DNA of 63,665 bases, counting the filler, from Octopus bimaculoides (Eukaryota): assembly GCF_001194135.2 (NCBI RefSeq). It is 5 parts of 5 records of this genome, joined end to end, with 100 filler letters (N's around TTAATTAATTAA, not from the genome) between each part and the next. Parts side by side here need not be neighbours in the genome. Positions count along the whole stretch, not along the records: positions 41,325 to 60,086 come from NC_068994.1; positions 60,187 to 63,665 come from NW_026304743.1; 3 more parts are not named here. One strand, written 5' to 3'. The position numbers and the translations under genes were made by a program. Below the pieces are notes generated by a model. That model was not told the DNA's origin, searched no databases, and saw nothing but the letters and a program-made list of their open reading frames with translations. How positions within the stretch are numbered: the stretch's first letter is position 1; every line of letters starts with the position of its first letter. This document shows, in pieces, positions 51,768-63,665 of this stretch.

Positions 51768-52364
51768 CATATATTCATACATACAATTCATACATACAAC
51801 TCATACATATATTCATACATATATTCATATATATACATTCATACTTACATCATAGATATACGATTGCACGCACATACATTAACCTCATCACACACATACA
51901 AACAAAAGACTAAGAGTGAGTACAGTTATATTCACAGACATATTTTACGAATCTTTGAAAAGATTACTCAGTCATGTCAAGCTTCTTTGTCAAATATACA
52001 CATACACGCATTATGTATGTATATATGTATGCATGTATGTATGTATGTATGTATTTATGTATGTAGTTATGTATGTATGTATGCACAGAAAATTATATCT
52101 ATTGAATATAGAGTAAAATATTTTCACTTGACCTATAGACTAAAAAACTTACGCCATTCCTTGATTTATATGAGTAAGATAGATAGATTTTTGTGAATAC
52201 ATATTCATATAAGTATATACAAACTCCCAGCTCTACCAATCTCTGTGTGATTTTTAAAACACACGTAATTGCGAGCAGCAATAACACAAAAAAAAAAAAC
52301 AGCGAAAGATTATTCATTATAAGGGGAAACAGTTGGTGAATAATATAAACTCGAGCATTATAGA

Positions 52365-52449
52365 ATGGAGCGGAAAGCAGTAAAGAGCGGCATATTTTTC
52401 TGTCTTTTACTCTGCACGTCATTCGCATCATCGTTCAACTCTCTGTCTA
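52365..52449 (+). CDS. Candidate first coding exon encoding a signal peptide (MERKAVKSGIFFCLLLCTSFASSFNSLS, phase 1), unknown gene
   Basis: agaATGG Kozak context; basic n-region, hydrophobic h-region and small-residue c-region; strong donor A|gtaagt at 52450; unique non-repetitive context. Confidence 0.5.
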
Positions 52450-52920
52450 GTAAGTATAAGGAAAATATTTTTATACTCTTATTGTCTACAGGAATGCGGG
52501 GGTAAATATATTGCTATGGAGGTATGAATATATCAGCGCCCGTACGTGTGTGTGTGTGTGTGTGTGTGTGTGATCTAAGATTGCAGTCTCTTGTGTGCCT
52601 ATGCATTTGTGTGTGTGAGTATGAGTTAGGAGTGTTAGCATAGGTGCATGTGCTTTAAGTGTGTAAATATGCATAAAAGTTTCGAAGTTTAATTCGTCCG
52701 AAAATGTCAACATCAATAATGTATCGTTTTAATAGAGTTGTAGATGCACATGTATATCTCTATGCGTGTAACGTGTATGTGTGTGCATCTGTTTCCGTGG
52801 ATTGAAACGTAACTTCTAAAGGGTTGACTACAGCTAAGATCACAAAGCCCTAATATTTCCAAATGTATATATGCATATAATTTATTGGTATTTGTGCGTA
52901 TGTGTCTGTATGAGTCTGTG

Positions 52921-52989
<69 letters not shown>

Positions 52990-53289
52990 NNNNNNNNNNN
53001 NNNNNNNNNNNNNNNNNNNNNNNNNNNNNNNNNNNNNNNNNNNNNNNNNNNNNNNNNNNNNNNNNNNNNNNNNNNNNNNNNNNNNNNNNNNNNNNNNNNN
53101 NNNNNNGAATACGGTCTGAGTTCAACTCCGGTCCAAGCCAATTTTCTCCGAGATGCGTATATTTCTTGTGGATATTTCTTGTTGGTATGTCTATATGTGC
53201 CTATACATTACGCGCGCACGTACATGTATGTATGTATGTATGTATGTATGTATGTATGTATGTATGTATGTATGTATGTATGCATGAAT

Positions 53290-53912
53290 ATAAACGCATC
53301 CCAAAAGAGCTGTTTTATGGCGAGCTTGCAAAGGGTAAATGCAATCGTTGTAAACCTAAAAAGAGGTTTAGGGACGGCATAAGGATTACCATGAAATCAC
53401 TTGGAATGGATCCAAAGACCATAGAAACCCTTGCTTCGGATCGAGCTGATGGCGAACAAAACTGTGGAGTGGAATAACAGCGTTTATGAAGGCCAGGATA
53501 ACATGCAAACCTGAAAAGTCTTCTCGATCGAAAAGGTGAATCTCGGTGACCTTTTTTCTGTGCAGTTTGTGACAGACTATGCCTTTCTTTTCTGGGCTCA
53601 AATTTTATTTGAGGACCCATTAAAAACGAACCTCCACCAACTATTCTGCCGATATATCCGTGCACACCTTTCAACGCCATGTATGCCATAAGATCTGCAA
53701 TTCTAATGGAGGCCTCAAAAGACGTTTTAAGTTCCACAAAGATCAGAACTTAACTGCAGCACTTGGTGGTCCAAATCGGATAAGCAATCTATGTGGGTGT
53801 CTTTTCAATACGTCGTACGGTTTTAAAAGACACATCAGATGCCATGATGGTGCTGAGGTGTAGGTACAGGAGGTGGTCACACCCTGCATAAGGAGTGGAC
53901 AACCACCATGTA
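53290..53912 (+). mobile_element. RTE-BovB-like LINE 3' fragment
   Basis: RIPKELFYGELAKGK...PKKRFRD...LASDR, two C2H2-like remnants, and a GGACAACCACCAT-type tail. Confidence 0.85.
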
Positions 53913-54096
53913 TACATAAATATGTATATAAATTTAGTTACACTTAAGCACCACTGGCTCTGGCTGTCTGCTATATCATATATTTTGATTTCTTTTAATT
54001 CCCTCTTAAATACTAACGCGGGTTTCTGTATATGAACTCCAGTGAAAGAGGGCCCACTTCACATTCGGCAAGCTGATAGCCTAGCTAGTCCGTTAT

Positions 54097-54147
<51 letters not shown>

Positions 54148-54788
54148 GTATATATTAATCCTTTCTACTATAGGCACAAGGCCTGAAATTTGGGGGGAAG
54201 GGACTAGTCGATTACACCGACACCAGTGTGTAACTGGTAAATAATGAAAGGGGAAGTAGACCTCGGCTGTATTTGAACCCAGAACGTAGCGACGGGCGAG
54301 ATGTGTGTATGTGTGTGCGCGCGCTTGTATAAGTATTACATGAATGCATGTATGTGATTGTGCATGTATATGATAAACACCAGTTCATATATACGTGGTG
54401 CATATTTGAACCCGTAAGAAAGCCATTCACAGTGTTTTGTTATGGAGATAATTTCTCACTGTAGACAAACTTTTCTCCCAAGCATACTTGAACTGGGAAT
54501 AACCTTGAATTTATACACATCACTGCTAGTGCTGCCAACCCGTAATATATGCACATGTCCACGTGTATTTGCATACACATAAATGCGTATATGCACGCCT
54601 ATATGCGTGCATATACGCATTTTATGCGCATGTAGACACACGTGTGTACTACACGTATGTTTGTTATAATTTATGGATTTAACTATTTATTAAACGCCTT
54701 CCAATATTTAATTATATTGGCTGGTGTATTTGACGAATGTCCCTTAAAATTTTCAATATACTCTCTTGCATATTTACATAGTTTAATA

Positions 54789-56712
54789 CTAGCAGAGATA
54801 CCTGGCGTTGCCCGTGTTACATGCAATTGAAGGATGAGACTTTTCTCTTATATTTCCTGTAAGGAACTGGAATACATATGGTTCGAATTTCATCAAAATT
54901 GCACATGAGGGTTCTTTCCCTCTTTGCACATCCTAAAAAAATTCTAATCATGAGACATGTATCCCATACTATTTATGCGCATATTCCAAAATTTCAGTCT
55001 TCTGGAACTTGTAAAAAGGATTTCGATCCTGAAAAATGGAGCTCATGAAGCTCTAAAATTTATGTATGCCTGTATATAGTATGCCTGTATATAGTATGCC
55101 TGTATATATGTGAGAGTATAGTTTCACTTTAATAGTTTCAGTATGAAATTGAAAGTATTAAAGTGAAAGTATTTGAAATTACAGTAGCGACATGTTATTG
55201 TTTCATTTTTGACATGTAATACTGAAATAGTGGAATAGTTTCAGTGTTAAAGTGAAAGTATCTGACATTACAGTGGAGTGATGTTATTGTTTCACTTTTG
55301 ACACGTAATACTGAAATAGTGGAGGAGATATGATATTGCTGTGGGCTTGAACTATGCAAGAAGTTAAAAATTCTTTTGGCCTAAGACACTACATGGACCC
55401 TAAGTAAGGCATGTGTTAATTTGGAATGAAATTGGTTGTGTAGTTCTCGAGTTTTAGGGATTCACACAGACACACATTCTCATCTTTATATATCTGATAT
55501 TTATGCGCATATTCGAAAATTCTAGTGTTATGGACCCTGTAAAAAGGATTTTGCTCCTGAAAAATGGAGCTCTTGGAGTTGAAAAATGTGGGAGTTAAGG
55601 CCCCTATTGGGGGTGGGTGTGTTAATGTCAACCAGAGAAGTTGAATTGTTGGGAATATCTTTAACTTGGGTCTAATATGTATTGTTTGAATTTCTTTGAA
55701 ATAGGAAATATATGTATGTTCACGGGGTTTGTAAAAGAGAGCAAAGCTGCAGGAAACCAAAAGACGAATGATCATGATAATCAGTCAGCTACCCTAGCGT
55801 AGTCATAATTACTCCCCAATGTAGGATTCCTCACCATACAGGTGACAGGCACAGCTGTAAGATGCATTACGGATCTATAGCAATTGGAAGGACATGACTC
55901 AATTGAAATAACAACGTGTGACGTTTGGAGTAAAGGGAAATGAAAGTGTCGCCTCTGGAGTTTGCAAATGACCACTATATTGATAGGTAACTTGGGCAGA
56001 AAAAATTTACAATCAATAAATGTCTTAGAACAACCAGTCATTCATCTGGGAATGCCTTGAAATCAATCTTACCAACTGGGGACTATGTGTGACTCAGTGA
56101 TAATAAAAGACTCAAAGGAGGTCTGCAACGAAATAATTTTACTCAACACTTTGCAAGTGAAACAGTGGAGGCAAAGATGCGTCTCATTTACTTGACAATT
56201 TATGCACCACATTGCAGAAATCACAATGAAAGTATNNNNNNNNNNTTTGCTTAGAAAAAATTACTAAATTGTGGGTGTGAAGTCCCCATGAAGGGGTCTT
56301 TGTAACTTGTAAGAAGAAATTTTAGAAATATTACTTTATTTGTGTGTAATATGTATGGTTAAAATTTCATCAACATCAAAAATATATGAATTTTCATGGG
56401 GGTTAAGGCTGTTATGCATAGAATATAATTTCCAAATTTCATAAAGATCCATTCAGTATTTTTGACGTAGTTTTGGATAAAAAAACAAATGACTAATGTG
56501 TGTGTTTGTGTGCATGTGTATGTGTGGGGGTGTGTATATATGTATAGATATCTGTATGCATGCATATATGTGTATATATGTGTACATATTACATGTACAT
56601 CTATATATATATACATCTACACATATGTATACATATACATGTATGCATATAGATCTATATCTATATATATACGTGTACATTATACATCTATATGCATACA
56701 TGTAATCATATA

Positions 56713-56755
<43 letters not shown>

Positions 56756-57794
56756 NNNNNNNNNNNNNNNNNNNNNNNNNNNNNNNNNNNNNNNNNNNNN
56801 NNNNNNNNNNNNNNNNNNNNNNNNNNNNNNNNNNNNNNNNNNNNNNNNNNNNNNNNNNNNNNNNNNNNNNNNNNNNNNNNNNNNNNNNNNNNNNNNNNNN
56901 NNNNNNNNNNNNNNNNNNNNNNNNNNNNNNNNNNNNNNNNNNNNNNNNNNNNNNNNNNNNNNNNNNNNNNNNNNNNNNNNNNNNNNNNNNNNNNNNNNNN
57001 NNNNNNNNNNNNNNNNNNNNNNNNNNNNNNNNNNNNNNNNNNNNNNNNNNNNNNNNNNNNNNNNNNNNNNNNNNNNNNNNNNNNNNNNNNNNNNNNNNNN
57101 NNNNNNNNNNNNNNNNNNNNNNNNNNNNNNNNNNNNNNNNNNNNNNNNNNNNNNNNNNNNNNNNNNNNNNNNNNNNNNNNNNNNNNNNNNNNNNNNNNNN
57201 NNNNNNNNNNNNNNNNNNNNNNNNNNNNNNNNNNNNNNNNNNNNNNNNNNNNNNNNNNNNNNNNNNNNNNNNNNNNNNNNNNNNNNNNNNNNNNNNNNNN
57301 NNNNNNNNNNNNNNNNNNNNNNNNNNNNNNNNNNNNNNNNNNNNNNNNNNNNNNNNNNNNNNNNNNNNNNNNNNNNNNNNNNNNNNNNNNNNNNNNNNNN
57401 NNNNNNNNNNNNNNNNNNNNNNNNNNNNNNNNNNNNNNNNNNNNNNNNNNNNNNNNNNNNNNNNNNNNNNNNNNNNNNNNNNNNNNNNNNNNNNTATATG
57501 TATGTATGCCTGTATATATGTGAGAGTATAGTTTCACTGTAGTAGATTCAGTATGAAAATGAAACCATTAAAGTGAAAGTATTTGACATGAGTGTTTTTG
57601 TTTCATTTTTGACACGTAATACTTAAATAGTGGAAGAGATATTATGCTGCTGTGGGCTGGAACTATGCAAGAAGTTAAAAAATGTTTTTGACTAAAACAT
57701 AACCGGGACCCTAAGTAAGGCATGTGTAAAATTTGAATGAAATTGGTTGTGTAGTTCTGGAGTTTTAGGGATTCATACAGACGCACACGCACAC

Positions 57795-57850
<56 letters not shown>

Positions 57851-57873
57851 TCTTATTTTTATATATATATAGA
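54789..57873 (-). mobile_element. Tandem non-autonomous Helitron copies
   Basis: On the - strand: A|TC 5' ends at 57873 and about 55497; GC hairpin CGGGCAACGCCAGG then CTAG|T at 54789. 57500-57870 repeats 55075-55495. Confidence 0.7.
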
Positions 57874-58030
57874 TACGCAACCTATAGATTTATAAAGACT
57901 GTACTAATCAGTACTTATTTACAACAAATTGAAATCTACAATGAACATACATACATACATACACACACGCGCATACATACATGTATTCACACATACATAC
58001 ATACATACATACATACATACATACATACGA

Positions 58031-59358
58031 TAATATTTATAACCTGTAGTTAACTAAATGTTCCATAATTTATTCCTTTAGTTGATCCCAGACATCAGTC
58101 TTTTATTGATATTAGATAAATAAGTAAATATATAATTTTTAGTCTAATATATTTTGAATTATTATATTTTTTCTATAAATCTTCTCTATTGGTGTTAATA
58201 AGCTACTTATACTTTACCATAGTATTAGTAATTAAGCTATTTTGTACCTTTTCTATGGTGTTCTGCCCTACTTGATTATTTTATTTCATTCGTTATTATT
58301 TTATAATTAACCTTTCTTTTATTCATAAAATTAAGCTAATCTTTGTTTCTCTATAAATTCATACTTAGCTTATATACTGGTATATTCACTACTTATTTTT
58401 AAAAAAACTGCTTAGACTATGATTTTATTAATATATAATTAGAATGTTCTTTTACCTCAATACTCCTTTATTAATACCAGTATATACCAATTAATCAATA
58501 TTCACAGATACCATCTGATGAGTTAGTATTTAAGTGCACAATGTGTATAAATATTAAACTATTTCTGGACAATTTCTTTTCCTCCCTCTATTGTGGTAAA
58601 AGTTTGGTATATACTCAAAAGTATTCAGAAATTCCTATCCTTTTGTTACAATATTCTTCATTATAACCCTCTGAATAGCCCTAAACTTTAACTGTATACA
58701 ATATAGCAACATTGTTTAAAGCAGTTATTTATAGTACTACATGATATGACTTCCCCTGATTCATTATCAATGATCTGCTAGTGGCCGCCACCTTAATTGT
58801 CAGCTAACATCTTGTTTTAAGTTTTCCTTTACCAAACCTCATGATATTGCTTCTAATAAATCTTGATTTTTATGACTATACCAACAATGATTTCTGTCTG
58901 CTCTCTCAGCCCTACCCTTAACAGATACTGCCCTTTATTCTCTCAGCCTTAGATATACAAGGATTTGATAAACTAGTCTATAAATTAAAACTGACCCCAT
59001 AAAAACAAATAAAATCAGTGATAGGCAGAGTTTTCTTGGTAATTTAGTAACTTCTATGCTGAAGTTCAGACATGTTCTTTGTTTATCTCCCTTAATTTCT
59101 TGGAGATTTTAGGTATAATTATACTAATGTGTCTATTTTAATTAAATTCTGTCTTTGTGCAGCTGAGGATTGCTCTGCATTTTAAATTGATGTAATGATT
59201 ACATTGTTCAATTAAATGGAGTTGCATGAAACGATAGTACTGCATTACCTCTGGATATCCTTGTTGCTTATTTTGATTTTAATCACCTTACTTTGAAATT
59301 GTATGGATAGTACCGTACTGAATTCTGGTGCCTCAACTTAAGTACCATATTCATCTGA

Positions 59359-59360
<2 letters not shown>
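58031..59360 (+). mobile_element. Diverged copy of the same Penelope-like 3' region
   Basis: Patchy similarity to the reverse complement of 43527-44400; shared terminus ...TTCATCTGAAT before a microsatellite; carries the hammerhead. Confidence 0.7.
59157..59245 (+). ncRNA. Type I hammerhead ribozyme motif (intact core) in a Penelope-like 3' end
   Basis: Stem I GUGCAG/CUGCAU; CUGAGGA at 59163-59169; long stem II; GAAA at 59228-59231; stem III C-(GAUA)-G; GUA cleavage triplet at 59237-59239. Confidence 0.7.
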
Positions 59361-59412
<52 letters not shown>

Positions 59413-60086
59413 TAAACTTAAACAGAGCTGAATTGTTTTTTTTTTCGGCGGCTTTATTTGATTACCCTCTTGCATTATATTATTTATACAACCTATATTT
59501 TCGTTCAACATACTTTCACACACAAATTGGCAAACAAATATACGCACGTATGCTCACACAACGTAACTAAAACACAAACATCAACTCACATTAAATATAT
59601 AAATGTACCTTTTTACGACTTTCTTGTACCCAGTTTAATTCAATAGATTCCATATCCTCTCAGGCTTACTTCACATTTTGACCGATCGGTGACTTTTACT
59701 TGCTTTATTTTTCTTCTTCACCTACTCTCCAATACTTTACTTACTTCTCGATTTGTTTACTCGATCTTCGAACTCAAGATCAAATTTCTGTTGCTAACAA
59801 AACTTTTATTTTGAAATTCAACCACAAGTGTAGTTCTCTAAATCAACGAACGCCCATTCTTATATGAAGAATTCTTTTTCATCCCTGATAGAATTGACAG
59901 TCAAGTAAGAAAGTTTACATTCAAAACAAGTTTAATAATACATTTCACTCTACTTTTAGCATCGAGATTCCGAATCATAAATGTTCTGTTGTTACTTTTG
60001 AAATTACTTTAAATAACAACCTTAATTATTTACATATGTATACACACGCACACGAGTACATATATACATACACACATACATATATA

Positions 60087-60186
60087 NNNNNNNNNNNNNN
60101 NNNNNNNNNNNNNNNNNNNNNNNNNNNNNNTTAATTAATTAANNNNNNNNNNNNNNNNNNNNNNNNNNNNNNNNNNNNNNNNNNNN
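60087..60186. other. Artificial scaffold-joining spacer
   Basis: 44N-TTAATTAATTAA-44N. Confidence 0.93.
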
Positions 60187-60194
60187 ATATATAT

Positions 60195-61062
60195 ATGAAG
60201 AGTGCGATGGGTAAATTGTCGGCATTTCCGCACATGCATATTGTTTGTTTTTGATTTTATCGGCTGCACAGTATAGTAGGGTCAGTTGGGCACCGTCTGT
60301 GAGAAAAAAACAGCACCATGACGCAATTCACTCTGCCAGAAATTTGGAAACGACATGCTGTACTGCTTAGTGTTCGCGCCGGAAACTCCAGTATGAACAT
60401 TTCAGAGTGTTCGGATGTCAATCTAAGGACAGTGCAATCTGAGAACATGTACCCAGAGTGATAAAAATCAAACATCCAGTCAACATCATGGGGTTTGGAG
60501 TGATCACTAGTGATGGCGCCGTTATGCCTCCATCTTGCCACACGGCCTCAGATTCAACACGGAGGCCTACATCAAGTGCCTGGAGTAGGTAACGATACTC
60601 TAGGTCAAGAGGGTGGCTGCTGGAAGACCCTGTGTCTGGCAACAGGACTCTGCACCATGCCACACAAGCAGAAGACCCCAGTCATGGCTGTCAGACAATT
60701 TATGCGACCACACCACACCTAATATCTAGCCACCAAACTCCCCAGACTGCAATCCCCTTCATTATTATGTGTGGGACGCAGTTGGACAAGAGACCAACAA
60801 AACTCCTTGAAACACCAAAGATGAACTGAAGACAAGGATTATGGCAGCATTCACCAACTTAAGCAAGGAGACCGTTCAGAAGAGTTGCAAGAAATTCCAA
60901 AGTCGTCTGGAGGCCGTGGTTGAAGCCAATCGCGATTTAATTGAATAAATTTACTCTTTAGTATTTCAAGATATTTTTGGTAAATATATCTGTTAAAATG
61001 AGATGTCAGGGTTATTTTAGTTTTTGCATAATTTAGACGACAGTTTATTTACCGCACCCGAT
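60195..61062 (+). mobile_element. maT (DD37D) Tc1/mariner element, internally deleted and inactive
   Basis: MTQFTLPEIWKRHAVLL fused to VWQQDSAPCHT...PPNSPDCNPL(H)YYVW, with 37 residues between the second D and the third catalytic position; degenerate ~24-bp TIRs. Confidence 0.85.
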
Positions 61063-61605
61063 ATATACATATGAAGCAAGCTTCTTACCACACAGCCACA
61101 AACNNNNNNNNNNNNNNNNNNNNNNNNNNNNNNNNNNNNNNNNNNNNNNNNNNNNNNNNNNNNNNNNNNNNNNNNNNNNNNNNNNNNNNNNNNNNNNNNN
61201 NNNNNNNNNNNNNNNNNNNNNNNNNNNNNNNNNNNNNNNNNNNNNNNNNNNNNNNNNNNNNNNNNNNNNNNNNNNNNNNNNNNNNNNNNNNNNNNNNNNN
61301 NNNNNNNNNNNNNNNNNNNNNNNNNNNNNNNNNNNNNNNNNNNNNNNNNNNNNNNNNNNNNNNNNNNNNNNNNNNNNNNNNNNNNNNNNNNNNNNNNNNN
61401 NNNNNNNNNNNNNNNNNNNNNNNNNNNNNNNNNNNNNNNNNNNNNNNNNNNNNNNNNNNNNNNNNNNNNNNNNNNNNNNNNNNNNNNNNNNNNNNNNNNN
61501 NNNNNNNNNNNNNNNNNNNNNNNNNNNNNNNNNNNNNNNNNNNNNNNNNNNNNNNNNNNNNNNNNNNNNNNNNNNNNNNNNNNNNNNNNNNNNNNNNNNN
61601 NNNNN

Positions 61606-61645
<40 letters not shown>

Positions 61646-61972
61646 ATTTCCAAAATTGATTGAGTGAGATTTATAATCCTAGCGGGTATCATGCTCGCTC
61701 TAATCGGTTAACAATGCTGGTTAACCTCAGTGAATGTAGATGAACTGTAGTCAGTTGAATTTACTATACTCGTTTACTCCTCACTTTGGTAAATCCAAAT
61801 GTCTTTATAAAGACTGCATAATGTCGGTAGAGAAGAAATAATAAATTAATAAATATCAGAACAGAGATTCACACATCCTGGCTTTATAAAGAAAGATGTG
61901 ATTAACTGTATAATAAAGCCTGGATATGTGAATCTCTGTTCTCATGATATAGGTAGATAGATAGAGATATAT

Positions 61973-62045
<73 letters not shown>

Positions 62046-62836
62046 CAGATATAAACACATATACGGCAATGGTACATGTTTGTTTATTTAATCGCAAAGA
62101 TAAGTTACCTGCATGATATAACTAGAAACAACATGAATAGCACTAGTTGTCTCACGTGCACACACCCGCAGAGACAAAGTGCTGGCTGATTATTAGAGTG
62201 TTGGACTCACGATCATATGGCTATAAGTTCGTTTCCTGGGACTACCCAAACAGCGTGTCCCTGAGCATGGTTTCGTCATTTCACGTTGTTGCATCCTGTT
62301 CAGCTGAGAATAAGTACCAACCGACGACTGAAACAGCCCCTTCTCTCCCACTCTCTCTCTCTCTCTCCAACAGTTGGATCTCTAGTGGTTAGAGATCCAA
62401 CCTTGATACTTCGCTGGTTACAGGGAAGGAGTACGGAAAAGGTATCTATGTCTGCTCGCGACTACATGGACACTTAAACTGATCAGCGAAAGCGACAATC
62501 CAAGGTACCCCGTCAGTATCAGACCAGGTTCACAGATATTCTCTCGCTTTCGAGTGACAACTAAGTTAAGAAGCTTTAAGCATACATACTATCATCATTA
62601 TCATCGTAGAATATCCGTTGTCCATGTTGGCATGGGTTGAGCGGAAAATGGATTTGGTATGAAACCTACACACAAAAGATATCCTACTACCAAACATCTG
62701 AGGAGACACAAACTGCAGGATGGGTCGAAACGATCGTCGTGCTGAAGAAAAAAATCGTACCAAATATCCATGTTCCGTTTCTTTCTATCTATCTATCTAT
62801 CTATCGACGTGAAGGCACGTGGCTTAGTGGTTAGGA

Positions 62837-63543
62837 CAGCGTTTCTCAACCAGGTTCCCCGGAACCCTAGGCTTCCGCAAAAGGTTCCTAGGGGTTCTGC
62901 GAGACTGAGTGAGATAAGCTAATGCTAATTTCATGATCGTAATATTACTATACATGCGCAACATATTATTGGCTATTGTAATATAGACAGCGTCCTATCT
63001 AACCTATTATATTATCAAAAAATATACAATAACCATATATATATATATATATATATATATANNNNNNNNNNNNNNNNNNNNNNNNNNNNNNNNNNNNNNN
63101 NNNNNNNNNNNNNNNNNNNNNNNNNNNNNNNNNNNNNNNNNNNNNNNNNNNNNNNNNNNNNNNNNNNNNNNNNNNNNNNNNNNNNNNNNNNNNNNNNNNN
63201 NNNNNNNNNNNNNNNNNNNNNNNNNNNNNNNNNNNNNNNNNNNNNNNNNNNNNNNNNNNNNNNNNNNNNNNNNNNNNNNNNNNNNNNNNNNNNNNNNNNN
63301 NNNNNNNNNNNNNNNNNNNNNNNNNNNNNNNNNNNNNNNNNNNNNNNNNNNNNNNNNNNNNNNNNNNNNNNNNNNNNNNNNNNNNNNNNNNNNNNNNNNN
63401 NNNTATATATATATATATATGCATGCATGTATGTATGCATGTATGTATATATATATGTGTGTGTGTGTGTTTGTGCAGGGGTTCCTTGAGGCATGTAATT
63501 TATTTTAAGGGTTACGCAAGGGTAAAAAGGTTGAGAAACACTG
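62837..63543. mobile_element. hAT (Charlie-like) MITE inserted in a SINE head
   Basis: CAGCGTTTCTCAACC ... GGTTGAGAAACACTG TIRs; SINE F-like sequence on both sides. Confidence 0.8.
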
Positions 63544-63665
63544 GGACAGGGAGTTCGATTCTCGGTAGCACGTTGCGTCCTTGAGCTTTATTTCACTTTA
63601 TTTCACGGTGCTCCAGTCCACTTAGCTGGCAAGGATGAGTAGCACCTGTATTTCAAGGGGCCAAC

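Noticed and set aside
53107-53176. Possible exon 2 for the signal-peptide gene (donor gtatgt)
   Set aside because: The start resembles a SINE B head fragment, and any acceptor would be hidden in the N gap.
58515-58565. CTGATGA followed by a hairpin in the Penelope-like copy
   Set aside because: No GAAA follows the stem, and the motif is not evident in the paralog.
1608-63494. Long ORFs rich in YI/HT/CV/LS/ER or X in the ORF track
   Set aside because: They are translations of dinucleotide and tetranucleotide microsatellites and N gaps.
651-63665. tRNA genes
   Set aside because: All tRNA-like A/B-box segments continue into SINE bodies and lack a complete cloverleaf.

Overview
AT-rich, microsatellite-dense metazoan draft DNA, most likely an octopus (coleoid cephalopod). 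This is inferred from the SINE families, the repeat landscape and the gene sequences. The window is not contiguous: four identical 100-bp spacers (44 N + TTAATTAATTAA + 44 N) join five probably unrelated pieces (1-12113, 12214-31347, 31448-41224, 41325-60086, 60187-63665). Two host genes are recognisable. One is a complete 5-exon ABITRAM/FAM206A (Simiate) gene on + (13854-27482, 200 aa). The other is the first coding exon (SAP domain) of ACIN1/Acinus on - (38695-38832). An orphan signal-peptide-like first exon lies at 52365-52449. Most long ORFs in the supplied track are microsatellite or N-gap artefacts. The rest is repeats: several tRNA-derived SINE families; fossil Tigger, mariner, maT, RTE and CRE fragments; piggyBac, hAT, Mutator-like and foldback MITEs; tandem Helitrons; a gypsy LTR; and Penelope-like tails. 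The most interesting signals are five hammerhead-ribozyme-like motifs in three Penelope-type families (two with intact cores), a Mutator-like palindromic MITE carrying inward-facing telomeric repeats with a 10-bp TSD, and tandem arrays that appear to have arisen from SINE sequence, one directly upstream of ABITRAM. No prokaryotic-type system or CRISPR array is present.
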